Of a DNA stretch of 40,309 bases, positions 1-9,832 are shown piece after piece. Position 1 is the first letter of the stretch, and every line of letters starts with the position of its first letter. This DNA is from Candidatus Kuenenbacteria bacterium (lineage in GTDB: Bacteria; Patescibacteriota; Patescibacteriia; UBA2196; GWA2-42-15): positions 1 through 40,309 of the forward strand of contig JAAZMX010000036.1 in assembly GCA_012798565.1 (NCBI GenBank). The letters are read 5' to 3'. The notes under the pieces are model-generated. The model saw nothing but the letters and a program-made list of their open reading frames with translations, was not told where the DNA came from and searched no databases. The position numbers and the translations under genes were made by a program.

Positions 1-144
1 AAATCAGTAGAAGCGTTCCAGCCTGCCCCGCTTAGCGAAGCGGTGCGGGGAGACATAGCCAGGGACGGCTAGAAAACCACGGACATTTACATTTCAATAC
101 CAACCACCCCTTTATCCCCTCCTTAGCAAGGAGGGGAAATACTA

Positions 145-1107
145 TCACTTCCACCACCACTCGTGCTCCCTATACCACCTCACTGTCTTCTCCAAATATT
201 CGTCCAGTCCGAATAACGGCTCATAACCCAATTCCTTCTTCGCTTTTCCCCAATCAATTGCGTAGCGCCGGTCGTGGCCGGGCCGGTCTTTGACAAATTC
301 TATCATTTCCTCGCCCTTACCCAAAATATTTAATATCTTTCTGACGACTGTCAAATTATCATCCTCATTATCGTTCATTCCTCCAATACAATAAGTCTCC
401 CCCATCTTTCCTTTCTCTAAAACCAAATCAATCGCCCGGCAATGGTCTTCTACATACAACCAATCGCGCACATTCAGTCCGTCGCCATAGATGGGCACTT
501 TTTTATTTTCCAGTAAATTAATAATTATCTTAGGAATAAATTTCTCCCGATGTTGATAAGGACCATAATTATTAGAACAATTAGTGATCGTCACTGGCAA
601 ACCAAAAGTGCGCCCGTAGGCTTTGACTAGATGATCCGAACCAGCCTTGGAAGCTGAATAGGGTGAACTGGGATCATACAAAGTTTCCTCATCAAATTTT
701 TTATTGCTTCCCAGCTCCAAACTACCAAATACCTCATCAGTGGAAATATGATGGAATCTTTTTACGCCATTTTTCACCGCCGCTTCTAATAAAACCTGCG
801 TGCCGACCAAATTGGTCAGGATAAACGGTGCCGCGTCTTTGATAGAATTATCCACGTGGCTCTCCGCCGCGAAATGCGCCACTATCTCCATCCCGCTCAT
901 AATTTTATCCACCAACTCCTTATCAACGATATCTCCGTGAATAAAATGATAATTTGGTTGGCCTTCAATATCTTTTAAATTTTCCAGCCGCCCCGCGTAT
1001 GTTAATTTATCCAAATTAAAAATCTCGTCCTCCGGATGATTCTTCAGCCAATAATGTATAAAATTACTGCCGATAAATCCGCACCCGCCAGTCACTAATA
1101 TTTTCAT
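145..1107 (-). CDS. rfbB: dTDP-glucose 4,6-dehydratase
   Basis: GGCGFIG NAD-binding motif, HFAAESHVD, STDEVFG, YSASK, CSNNYGP and DRPGHDRRYAID motifs. Confidence 0.97.
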   Translation of the reverse strand: MKILVTGGCGFIGSNFIHYWLKNHPEDEIFNLDKLTYAGRLENLKDIEGQPNYHFIHGDIVDKELVDKIMSGMEIVAHFAAESHVDNSIKDAAPFILTNLVGTQVLLEAAVKNGVKRFHHISTDEVFGSLELGSNKKFDEETLYDPSSPYSASKAGSDHLVKAYGRTFGLPVTITNCSNNYGPYQHREKFIPKIIINLLENKKVPIYGDGLNVRDWLYVEDHCRAIDLVLEKGKMGETYCIGGMNDNEDDNLTVVRKILNILGKGEEMIEFVKDRPGHDRRYAIDWGKAKKELGYEPLFGLDEYLEKTVRWYREHEWWWK

Positions 1108-1136
1108 AAAACAATATTTTTTAAATGTTTAAATGT

Positions 1137-1874
1137 CTAATGAGCTACGACAACATATTCCCCTTTCACCGGATCATCCTTCACTCTCTTCAAAACTTCT
1201 TCGATCGTCCCTCGATAAATCGTCTCAAATTTTTTGGTCAATTCTCTGCCCACCATAAACTCTTTTTTGCCATATCCTCGCTCGTCAGTTTTTTCATCCT
1301 CGCTCGTCAGTTTTTTTATTTCTTCCAGACATTTGACAATTCTATGGCATGATTCATAAAAAACTACTGTCATTCTCTCGCTCAAAACCTCTTTTAAAAA
1401 TGTCTGCCTGCCTTTTTTATGCGGGATAAATCCCTTAAATAAAAACTCGTCAGTTGGAAAACCGCTCACGCTCAAAGCCGCAATCGCCGCCGACGGCCCC
1501 GGGATCGTCACAATTTCGATATCCTCCCCTGGCAAGGGGAGGTGGCCCGCTCGAGCGGGCCGAAAGGGTATCGTCGGTTTTACCAATTCTCTAACCAACA
1601 ATCCTCCTGGATCGTTAATCCCGGGCGTGCCCGCGTCTGTCACCATGGCGACTTTATAATTTCTAACCAAATTAACCAGCTCCATTATTTTCCTCTCATC
1701 GCTGTGCTGATGGTAGCTGATCAACTTTTTATCTTTAATCTCATAATGATTTAATAAATTTTTTGTCACCCTGGTATCTTCGCACAAAATAAAATCCACC
1801 TCTCTCAAGGCTTCTAGCGCTCGAAGTGTAATATCCTTCAAATTCCCAATTGGTGTCGCTATTACGTATAACAT
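1137..1874 (-). CDS. rsmI: 16S rRNA (cytidine1402-2'-O)-methyltransferase, carrying an in-frame palindromic insertion
   Basis: MLYVIATPIGNLKDIT, CEDTR, DAGTPGINDPG, IPGPSA and RELTKKFE motifs. Confidence 0.95.
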   Translation of the reverse strand: MLYVIATPIGNLKDITLRALEALREVDFILCEDTRVTKNLLNHYEIKDKKLISYHQHSDERKIMELVNLVRNYKVAMVTDAGTPGINDPGGLLVRELVKPTIPFRPARAGHLPLPGEDIEIVTIPGPSAAIAALSVSGFPTDEFLFKGFIPHKKGRQTFLKEVLSERMTVVFYESCHRIVKCLEEIKKLTSEDEKTDERGYGKKEFMVGRELTKKFETIYRGTIEEVLKRVKDDPVKGEYVVVAH

Positions 1875-1987
1875 ACTAAATAACTCTCAATTGCTAATTT
1901 TGAACCAAATGTTTGATTGTTGATTTGCTTTAATGTTTTCATGTTTTAATGAGTTATTCGTATATTCGTAAATATTTGTAATTCGTA

Positions 1988-2818
1988 TTATTTATAAAAT
2001 ATCTTATCCGGGATTCTCAAATCAACATAGTGCAATTTCTTTGAATCAACCCCTTCTTGTCTCAAAAAATTATTCAAATTAGCTAGCGCTTTGCCAGTGT
2101 CACCCTCAATATCTAGTATTATATACCAACCCTCGTGGGTATAAAAATTTACTTCGCGGTTGGCGAAATCTTTCACTTCTATTTTTTTAATCGGCCAGCC
2201 GCGCAATCCTTCTTTTAATTCTTCCAGCGCCCCCTCAATAAAATCAACACTCTTCGAATCAATTATCTGTGCTCCCACTGCTATCGCCGTTGTTGTCCCG
2301 CGGTTAATCGTTGGCAAGTCATATTTGATCTCCCCTTTGGCCACTGCCGCCATTACCCAGCCGCTTTTGTCCAAATAATAATTTTGTTCGCCCTCCTGCC
2401 AAATCAAAACCGGTAACTTTTCCCGGCCCCCTATCTCCAAAGTTCTAAATTCCTTGCTAATAACCACTTCTTCTACCGGCGCGTTTTCATCTATGAATCT
2501 TGCTAGTTGATTTTTATTAATCAGCCAAATATTGTCCTTTGGCAAAATTCCAAATTTAAAACCCTTGGTATATTTCTGGACCGCCAATTGTACCGCGTTG
2601 AAATTATCCACCTCATTAATCCCCGAAATGACTATCTTTTCTATCCTGAAAATAGATGAATATACCAATAAATAAAGCAAAATACACACTAGCAATATCC
2701 CGGCCAACAAAAAAATAAGTGCCTTTTTTTTCTTGGCTTGTCTCTCCAACCTGTTTGGGGGCACTCTCTCTGACCAACTTTGCAGCTGGACTTTTGTTTT
2801 CAAAAATTTACGACTCAT
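1988..2818 (-). CDS. FtsQ/DivIB-like cell division protein (POTRA domain)
   Basis: Basic N-terminus, single TM helix, FRIEKIVISG, C-terminal YVDLRIPDKIFYK; lies downstream of ddl. Confidence 0.8.
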   Translation of the reverse strand: MSRKFLKTKVQLQSWSERVPPNRLERQAKKKKALIFLLAGILLVCILLYLLVYSSIFRIEKIVISGINEVDNFNAVQLAVQKYTKGFKFGILPKDNIWLINKNQLARFIDENAPVEEVVISKEFRTLEIGGREKLPVLIWQEGEQNYYLDKSGWVMAAVAKGEIKYDLPTINRGTTTAIAVGAQIIDSKSVDFIEGALEELKEGLRGWPIKKIEVKDFANREVNFYTHEGWYIILDIEGDTGKALANLNNFLRQEGVDSKKLHYVDLRIPDKIFYK

Positions 2819-2824
2819 TAATTT

Positions 2825-3997
2825 TTATCTTGCTTTTAATTTTAATTTGGCCGACTCGGCATAATTCAAAATATCGGAGTCAAAATTCAAGATCAGCTTT
2901 CTCTTCACTTCATGGCGCTCTTCCGCCAGCCTAATCAGTTCGGCCAAAAGTTCTTTTAAACTTAGACCGCTCTTTTCCCACAAATGACTATAGAGCGTTC
3001 CGGGCAAGGTATTTATTTCATTGGCATAAAAACTACCATCATCTTTGTCATACAAAAAATCAAATCTGGCAATACCGCTGCAATCCAGGGCTTTAAAAAT
3101 TTTCACGCTCATTTCCTGTATTCCTTTAGTTGTCTTTTCGTCTAATCTGGCCGGTATAATTATATCTTTTTCCGCTCTACCAGTCTGTGCCCCTCCATCA
3201 TTCAAATATTTATCTTGATAGCTGAACAATTCATCTCGGAAAAGTGATTCTTGCAGCAAAGAGGCCCTGGGTTCATTATTGCCGATTACCGCACAAGTCA
3301 CATCCATCAAATTTTCCACGCATTTTTCTACCAATACTTTATCGTCATAATGCAAAGCGACCTCAATCGCCAATTCCAACTCTTTCTTCGTACGGACCTT
3401 GGCAATGCCGATTGACGAACCCAGTCTTGCCGGTTTGACGATCATTGGCCAGGTCAATTTATTTTCAATCAAAGCCACTGCTTTATCTGGTGACTCATCC
3501 CATCTTTGTTTGTCCAAGGGTACGAAATCTACTGCGGGAACACCCAGGCCCTGGAAAAAAATCTTGGTCAAAATCTTATCCATTGCCACAGCTGAACTTG
3601 CCACCCCGCAACCGACATAGGGTACATTCACTAATTCAAATACTCCCTGGACTGTCCCATCTTCGCCGTTTGTGCCATGCAGTGCCGGAAATGCCAAATC
3701 AATTTCAATCTTCCCGGGCATTATTCCGTCCCGGAAAAATACCATTTTATCCGTTGAAGCCTCCATATCCAGATGATAACTCTTCATCTGGCTCAATTTT
3801 TCTTCTTTATTCTTTTCTCGGAAAAACATCACCGAATCCAGTTGTTTGCCGATATACCAACGGCCATTTTTGCCAATATAAATTGGGATCGCTTCATGGC
3901 CCAAGTCGCGCAACCCGGAAATAATCATCTGCGCCGTAATAATAGACACGTCATGCTCTGGTGTCCGGCTCCCAAAAAAAATACCTATTTTTTTCAT
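2825..3997 (-). CDS. ddl: D-alanine--D-alanine ligase
   Basis: EHDVSI, LHGTNGEDG, MDKI, KPARLGSSIG and NEINTLPG motifs. Confidence 0.96.
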   Translation of the reverse strand: MKKIGIFFGSRTPEHDVSIITAQMIISGLRDLGHEAIPIYIGKNGRWYIGKQLDSVMFFREKNKEEKLSQMKSYHLDMEASTDKMVFFRDGIMPGKIEIDLAFPALHGTNGEDGTVQGVFELVNVPYVGCGVASSAVAMDKILTKIFFQGLGVPAVDFVPLDKQRWDESPDKAVALIENKLTWPMIVKPARLGSSIGIAKVRTKKELELAIEVALHYDDKVLVEKCVENLMDVTCAVIGNNEPRASLLQESLFRDELFSYQDKYLNDGGAQTGRAEKDIIIPARLDEKTTKGIQEMSVKIFKALDCSGIARFDFLYDKDDGSFYANEINTLPGTLYSHLWEKSGLSLKELLAELIRLAEERHEVKRKLILNFDSDILNYAESAKLKLKAR

Positions 3998-4042
3998 ATT
4001 GATAAAGTTTAGTTAATATTCAACCTGTCCCGAGCAAATTTT

Positions 4043-5404
4043 TTAAAAATAAACGTCCGGCCAATCATTCTGAAAAAGTATCGTGTCACCTTTTTGTAAT
4101 ATATTTTTCAAATCTCCATGCGCTTCACTCGTACTATTATAGATTTTATAATTGATAAACCCCTGCCCTTTCAACGCCTCTAAAACCGCTTCTGTTTCTT
4201 TACTTTTTATTAATAACACCAAATCCACCTTCTGGGCGTACAACTCGCCAATCTGTTTATGAATTTCTTTCATTTTATCACCCAATTCCACCAAGGGCCC
4301 CGGTGTCAAAACAATCTTTCTGCCCTTAGCCCTATTGAGAACTTCAATTCCGCTCATCACGCCAGCTAAATTAGCATTATAACTATCATCAATCACCCAC
4401 ACATCAATCTGCGAATTACGAATCGGCTGTAATCTATGTGGCGCATATTCAATTTTTACCACCGCTCTTTTTATTTCTTCCGCTGTCAATCCCAGTTCTT
4501 TGGCCAATTGACCAGCCAATGCGATTAAAGATAAATTGTGTTCTGCCAACAACCGACAATCCATCTCTACTCCAAATAATTTAAATTCCAAGCCCTGGAA
4601 ATCAGGTTTTATCTTTACCTCACTGATCAATTTGTTACTTTCCACGCCCACCGCCTGATTAATTTTAAAATTTTTGTAATTATCCGCCACCCTTGCGTCA
4701 TCAAAATTCAAATAAGAAATTTTCTTGGTTGCCACTGGCAATTCAAATTTGGCCTGAATTGTATTCTCCAAAGAGCCAAATCTCTCCAAATGCGCTTCGT
4801 TTATACCTGTCAATATTGAATAATCAGGCGCGACGATCTGGCAAATACTTTTTATCTCCCCTTTTTTGTAAGCGCCCATTTCCACGATCAATATTTCTTC
4901 GTCTTTCAATTTGTCAATAATAAACTGGGCCACGCCAATTTCCGTATTAATATTTTCCGGCGTCTTCAAAACTTTGTATTTTTCTGACAGCATGCCAGCC
5001 AATATTTCCTTGGCCGAGGTCTTCCCATAACTGCCGGTAATCCCGATTTTAATTACTTTTTTCTGGCCGATAATTTTCTTCGCTTTACCAAAAATTCTCT
5101 GCTTTAACCAATAATCAATTGGCGAGACAATAATCAAAGCCAGTAGCGCCAGCCAAGGCAAAAGTATCATTAAAAATAAAACCATTATCACCGCCCACCA
5201 ACGCGTCAACCAAACGCCCACAACCAAAATTCCCAAAAACAAAATAATCGTCAAGGCGTAAATCAAAGTCGCCTTCTTGGTCCAAACAATTTTTTGCCTC
5301 TTCTGCAACCGCCACCAAGCTAAATGCTTATAAACATAACCAAGAAATCTTTTTGGCAAATAATTTTCACTCTGTAAAATATAAATCAAATTGGCAATAA
5401 TCAT
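4043..5404 (-). CDS. murF: UDP-N-acetylmuramoyl-tripeptide--D-Ala-D-Ala ligase with N-terminal membrane segment
   Basis: GITGSYGKTS P-loop, VEMGA, DDSYNAN, LVELG; adjacent to ddl. Confidence 0.88.
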   Translation of the reverse strand: MIIANLIYILQSENYLPKRFLGYVYKHLAWWRLQKRQKIVWTKKATLIYALTIILFLGILVVGVWLTRWWAVIMVLFLMILLPWLALLALIIVSPIDYWLKQRIFGKAKKIIGQKKVIKIGITGSYGKTSAKEILAGMLSEKYKVLKTPENINTEIGVAQFIIDKLKDEEILIVEMGAYKKGEIKSICQIVAPDYSILTGINEAHLERFGSLENTIQAKFELPVATKKISYLNFDDARVADNYKNFKINQAVGVESNKLISEVKIKPDFQGLEFKLFGVEMDCRLLAEHNLSLIALAGQLAKELGLTAEEIKRAVVKIEYAPHRLQPIRNSQIDVWVIDDSYNANLAGVMSGIEVLNRAKGRKIVLTPGPLVELGDKMKEIHKQIGELYAQKVDLVLLIKSKETEAVLEALKGQGFINYKIYNSTSEAHGDLKNILQKGDTILFQNDWPDVYF

Positions 5405-6162
5405 ATTTGTGCCACAAAAATCTTTTTAAATTCTTCCTCTTTCTCCAAAAATGGAAAGTGTCCGGCATCTTTAATCACAAACAATTCCGAATTGGCAATC
5501 ATTTTTTTCATCAATAGTCCATCCGCCAAAGGCGTGGCTTTGTCTTGATCGCCCCAAATTAACACAGTTTTCACTTTTATTTTTTGCAAATCATCAGTCA
5601 AATCATTGCTAATAATTTTTTGATAAATTTGGCTCATTTCCCCAGCCTCCACGTAATCAACTGAATCGATTGCTTTATAAAACTTTTTTCTGATTGCTTG
5701 TTTATATTTTCTAATTACCGGCAACCACAAAAAAATCTTAACCACCTTGGCCCCTACGAAATAAATAAATTTTTTAAAACTTTTTCGTCTGATCCCCGCG
5801 CTATCAATCAAAATTATTTTTTTCGCCTGCCCGCCATTCACCACATATTTAATCCCCACACTTCCGCCAAATGAATGCCCGACCAAAACAGGATTAATAA
5901 TTTTCAATTTCCCCAAAAATTTTTTCAAAAAATCCGCATACTCTGTCAATCCCCAAATACTCGCCGGCTGTTCGCTTTCCCCAAATCCGGGCCAGTCAAT
6001 TGCTACGTAATTATCTACCGAATCAAAAATTTTTTTGAATACCTGGGCCTTCGCCTGCCAGCCAGGCAAAAAAACCAAAGTCCCGTCAGTTTTAAACTCC
6101 GGGCTTTGATAATAATTAATCAGCAAATTATCTATTATAATTTCTTTCTTAATCATCTTCAA
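5401..6162 (-). CDS. alpha/beta-fold hydrolase
   Basis: DWPGFGES, GHSFGG nucleophile elbow, WGDQD and AGHFPF triad motifs. Confidence 0.92.
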   Translation of the reverse strand: MKMIKKEIIIDNLLINYYQSPEFKTDGTLVFLPGWQAKAQVFKKIFDSVDNYVAIDWPGFGESEQPASIWGLTEYADFLKKFLGKLKIINPVLVGHSFGGSVGIKYVVNGGQAKKIILIDSAGIRRKSFKKFIYFVGAKVVKIFLWLPVIRKYKQAIRKKFYKAIDSVDYVEAGEMSQIYQKIISNDLTDDLQKIKVKTVLIWGDQDKATPLADGLLMKKMIANSELFVIKDAGHFPFLEKEEEFKKIFVAQI

Positions 6163-6286
6163 TATTCTTAAATCCCCCGCCCGCCATGCAAGCCGAGCTT
6201 ATGGGGCGTTGCGGGCAGGTAAATCATAAATCTTTTCCCCTTCAATCTTTTGATTTCCCAATTTCTATTAGCCTGATTTCTAATTT

Positions 6287-7564
6287 CTAGTTTCTGATTT
6301 CTAATCTCTTCTTCCCCACCATTCCCTGCAATACTTCTGGCACATTAACACTACCATCTTCGTTTTGAAACTGCTCCAAAATCGCCGGGATCAATCTCGA
6401 GGTGGCTAGACCAGACCCATTCAAGGTGTGCACGAACTCATTCTTGCCGTTCTCGTTTTTATAACGAATATTCGCTCTTCTAGCTTGATAATCCAGCGCG
6501 TTAGAAACCGAGGAGACTTCTTTATATGTATTCATTGACGGAATCCAAACCTCAATATCAATTGTCTTGGCCATTGCCGCCGAAGCATCTTCCGCTGCCA
6601 ACTGCACGGTTTGAAAATTAAGCCCTAAGCCTTTAACCAACTCTTCGGCGTTTTTAACTAATTCATCAAACGCCTTCCAAGAATCTTCTGGCTTGGTGAA
6701 TTGGAACATTTCAATTTTATTAAATTGATGCCCGCGCACCATGCCTCTTTCTTCTTTGCGGTAACTGCCAGCCTCTCTTCTGAAGCAAGCGGAATAAGAA
6801 TAATATTTTTTGGGCAAATCTTCACCGTTCAAAATATCGTCACGATGAAAATTATTGATCATCATTTCCGAGGTTGCGTCCAAACACAAACCATCTTCCC
6901 CGCTTCGACTCGTCGAAGACGAGGCGAGCACCCAAAACAAATCTTCTCTAAACTTTGGCAAATGACCCGAAGCGTAGGCCGAGGCTTCGTTTAATAAATA
7001 TGGCAATAACAAAAATTCATAACCATTCTTTTTGTGAAAATCCACAAAATAATTTAGCAAAGCCCATTCCAGCATCGCGCCATCACCAGTGTAACACCAA
7101 AAACCTGCGCCACTCATCTTGGCCGCGCGCTCATAATCAATCAAACCCAAGCTGGTTGCCAATTCCACATGATCTTTAAACTTAAACCCAAACTCTGGTC
7201 GTTTGCCAAATGTTTTTAAAACTTTATTATTTTCTTTTCCACCAGCCACTACATCGGGAGCCGGAATATTTGGCAAAGCTGATAATTTTTCTTTCAATTC
7301 TTCTTCTATTTTTGCCAACTTTTCATCCATTTCCTTAATCCTCTCCCCTACTTTTTTCATCTCTTCAATAATTTCCGGCGTGGGTTTGGTCTTGGAAAAT
7401 TTATTTCTTTCTGCTTTTAATTCATCCGCCCGCTGAATTAATTCCTTGCGCTTATCATCCAACTTAATAATTTCCTCCAAGTCAAAACTCCCCGCCTCCA
7501 TTCTTTTAAGTAACGCTTTTTCGACCTCTTCCTTTTCATCACGAATTTTATTGATGTCTAACAT
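6287..7564 (-). CDS. serS: seryl-tRNA synthetase, carrying a short in-frame palindromic insertion
   Basis: N-terminal coiled coil, FRREAG, RGHQFNKIE, EVSSVSN and HTLNGSGLA motifs. Confidence 0.97.
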   Translation of the reverse strand: MLDINKIRDEKEEVEKALLKRMEAGSFDLEEIIKLDDKRKELIQRADELKAERNKFSKTKPTPEIIEEMKKVGERIKEMDEKLAKIEEELKEKLSALPNIPAPDVVAGGKENNKVLKTFGKRPEFGFKFKDHVELATSLGLIDYERAAKMSGAGFWCYTGDGAMLEWALLNYFVDFHKKNGYEFLLLPYLLNEASAYASGHLPKFREDLFWVLASSSTSRSGEDGLCLDATSEMMINNFHRDDILNGEDLPKKYYSYSACFRREAGSYRKEERGMVRGHQFNKIEMFQFTKPEDSWKAFDELVKNAEELVKGLGLNFQTVQLAAEDASAAMAKTIDIEVWIPSMNTYKEVSSVSNALDYQARRANIRYKNENGKNEFVHTLNGSGLATSRLIPAILEQFQNEDGSVNVPEVLQGMVGKKRLEIRN

Positions 7565-7631
7565 ATCTTTACAATTTTAAATTTTTAATTTTAAATTTTA
7601 AAATAATTTTTAATGACCCAATTCTAAAACA

Positions 7632-8177
7632 TTATAACAAACCCGCCTTTTCCCTCAATCGCCTTAAATCATTTTTAAACCTTTCTGTAACTTGATGTTC
7701 TGCTGCTGTCCTCGGTATTTCATTTACATTAATATCATACAATTCCCACAGCCAACGTGCTATTGCTTCTTCATCTACTTCAAACATACTCCATGATGAT
7801 TTCTTACCTTCCTGAGCTAAATTTTTGTCTTCTTTAAACTGTTTGGCACATTGATAAAAAATTTCTTTCAATCTAGCGATTTCCTTATCAGAAAGATTAT
7901 CAATTCCATAATCGTCTTTCATTGTTTTTTTTGCTTCTTCTATCAAATAATCAATCTCTATTTTTTCTCTCTCTTCTTCTCCTGCTCCATTTTCTATCGC
8001 CATTTTCATGGTTATAGCAAACAATTTTCTAACTTCCGTGGTATATTTGCTTTTTTCATCCCTATCATACATAAGCCAAAGAGGTTTATCTTCCTCAGAA
8101 AGATGCCCAGGTAGCACTACTTCGTCTCCTATCTGCTCAATATCTTCGGCTTGTCCATTATTAAATTTTTCTGACAT
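7632..8177 (-). CDS. hypothetical acidic protein
   Basis: 181-aa ORF co-oriented with its neighbours; no recognised motif. Confidence 0.7.
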   Translation of the reverse strand: MSEKFNNGQAEDIEQIGDEVVLPGHLSEEDKPLWLMYDRDEKSKYTTEVRKLFAITMKMAIENGAGEEEREKIEIDYLIEEAKKTMKDDYGIDNLSDKEIARLKEIFYQCAKQFKEDKNLAQEGKKSSWSMFEVDEEAIARWLWELYDINVNEIPRTAAEHQVTERFKNDLRRLREKAGLL

Positions 8178-8252
8178 ATGTTTCTAGATTCCCGCTTTCA
8201 CGAGAATGACAAATCGAATAATGTTTTAAAATTAAAAATTTAAAATTGTATT

Positions 8253-8993
8253 TTATACTTTCTTCATCCCCTCAAACGCTCTCAAAACTTCCAAAGGAAT
8301 CGCGAACACCAACGTATTAGATTGATCCGATGACACGTCATTAATCGTCTGCAGAGTCCTCAGATGCAGCGCACCTTGCGTTGAAGCCAAAATAGTCGCC
8401 GCTTTGGCCATATTATCAGCCGCGATGACCTCACCTTCGGCCTTAATAATCACTGCTCTTCTTTCGCGTTCTGCTTCCGCTTGTTTGGCAATCACCCGCT
8501 TCATGTCTTCTGGCAAATTAATGTCTTTCAATTCCACCGAATCTACTTTTATGCCCCATGGATCAGTGGCCGCGTCTACTACCATCTGAATTCTTTTGGA
8601 AACCTCATCGCGATTGGATAATAATTGGTCCAAATCGACTTCGCCAACGGCATTACGCATGGTTGTTTGCGCTAACTGCGAAACCGCATAATAAAAATCC
8701 TGCACTTCAATTACCGCCTTGGCCGCGTCGGCAATTTTGTAATAAATCACCGCGTTTACTCTGACAGAAATATTGTCTTTGGTGATGGCCTCTTGATCCG
8801 GCACATCCACGGCTTTGACACGAATGTCCACTTTTTTCATTGACTGGAAAACCGGCCAGACAATTCTCCAGCCCGGGTTTTTCATACCCGTATAACGCCC
8901 CATGGTGAACATCACCCCACGCTCGTATTGATTCACTTGGCGCAAACTGGACAAAACAAGAACGATAACAATGGCCAAAATTGTGTACCACAT
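8253..8993 (-). CDS. SPFH/stomatin (band 7, slipin) family protein
   Basis: N-terminal TM helix, QEAITKDN, AQTTMR, WGIKV and QAEAERERRA motifs. Confidence 0.93.
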   Translation of the reverse strand: MWYTILAIVIVLVLSSLRQVNQYERGVMFTMGRYTGMKNPGWRIVWPVFQSMKKVDIRVKAVDVPDQEAITKDNISVRVNAVIYYKIADAAKAVIEVQDFYYAVSQLAQTTMRNAVGEVDLDQLLSNRDEVSKRIQMVVDAATDPWGIKVDSVELKDINLPEDMKRVIAKQAEAERERRAVIIKAEGEVIAADNMAKAATILASTQGALHLRTLQTINDVSSDQSNTLVFAIPLEVLRAFEGMKKV

Positions 8994-9065
8994 ATGTTTT
9001 TTGTTAATTATTAATTAATATTAAATTCTTTTAAAAGCTCATTTTTAATTTCATCCACAATCTGT

Positions 9066-9809
9066 TCAACTTCTTTTTCCTGCAAATTCAAACCAATAAA
9101 TTCTTGTTCCAAAAAAAACTTTATTTTCTTCCGCTATCCTCAATATTTCTTCCTCTAGATTACCCTTAAAACTCTGTAATTGTTTTTTTAGTTCAGCAAT
9201 CGCTTTTTCATTTTCATTAAAAGCTTCCCGTCTTAATCTTGATAATTCATTTTCATCTACATTATCATGCAATGCCTTCCTATACTCCCTCATTTTTTCA
9301 TTTGCCTTCGCCATCATTTCACTTGTATCAACTCCCTGAATATCCAAATCCAACAAAATCATTACTTTAATATTTTCTTTTATTATCTCAATTTCCTGTT
9401 TTTTTATTTCTTGATAATTACTCGCCTTTTCTTCACACCCAGAATAAATGTCATGCACTTTATCTTTAATTTTAGCGAAAAGTTGATTTAATTCTACGGA
9501 TGTCTTCCATCCTTTTTTTACTTCATCTTCTTTGGCAATCTCTTGTGTTACTATTTCTTCATCATCTTCTTGAACCAAGATAGCCCAATCCTTTTCCAAA
9601 GAATTAATTTCTCTGTATACCTCTAATAATAACTCGCTCATTTTTTTATCTTTTTCTTCACCATCGCCAATCATAAAGACCCCGCCTCTTTGATTAAGCA
9701 AAGATTCTATTTTTGATAATCTCTCATACGCCTTTTGTCTTCTCGATAGTATATGCTCTATTTTTTCTTCCTATGTCTTTTCACCAGACTTCCCTATTTC
9801 ATTAATCAT
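9066..9809 (-). pseudogene. coiled-coil hypothetical gene interrupted by an in-frame TAG at codon 13 (downstream ORF 9066..9701 intact)
   Basis: ATG at 9809 is in frame with the 9701 ORF: MINEIGKSGEKT*EEKIEHILSRRQKAYERLSKIESLLNQRGG; TAG at 9771-9773. Confidence 0.6.
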
Positions 9810-9832
9810 ATTTTTATAAATTAATTATACAA

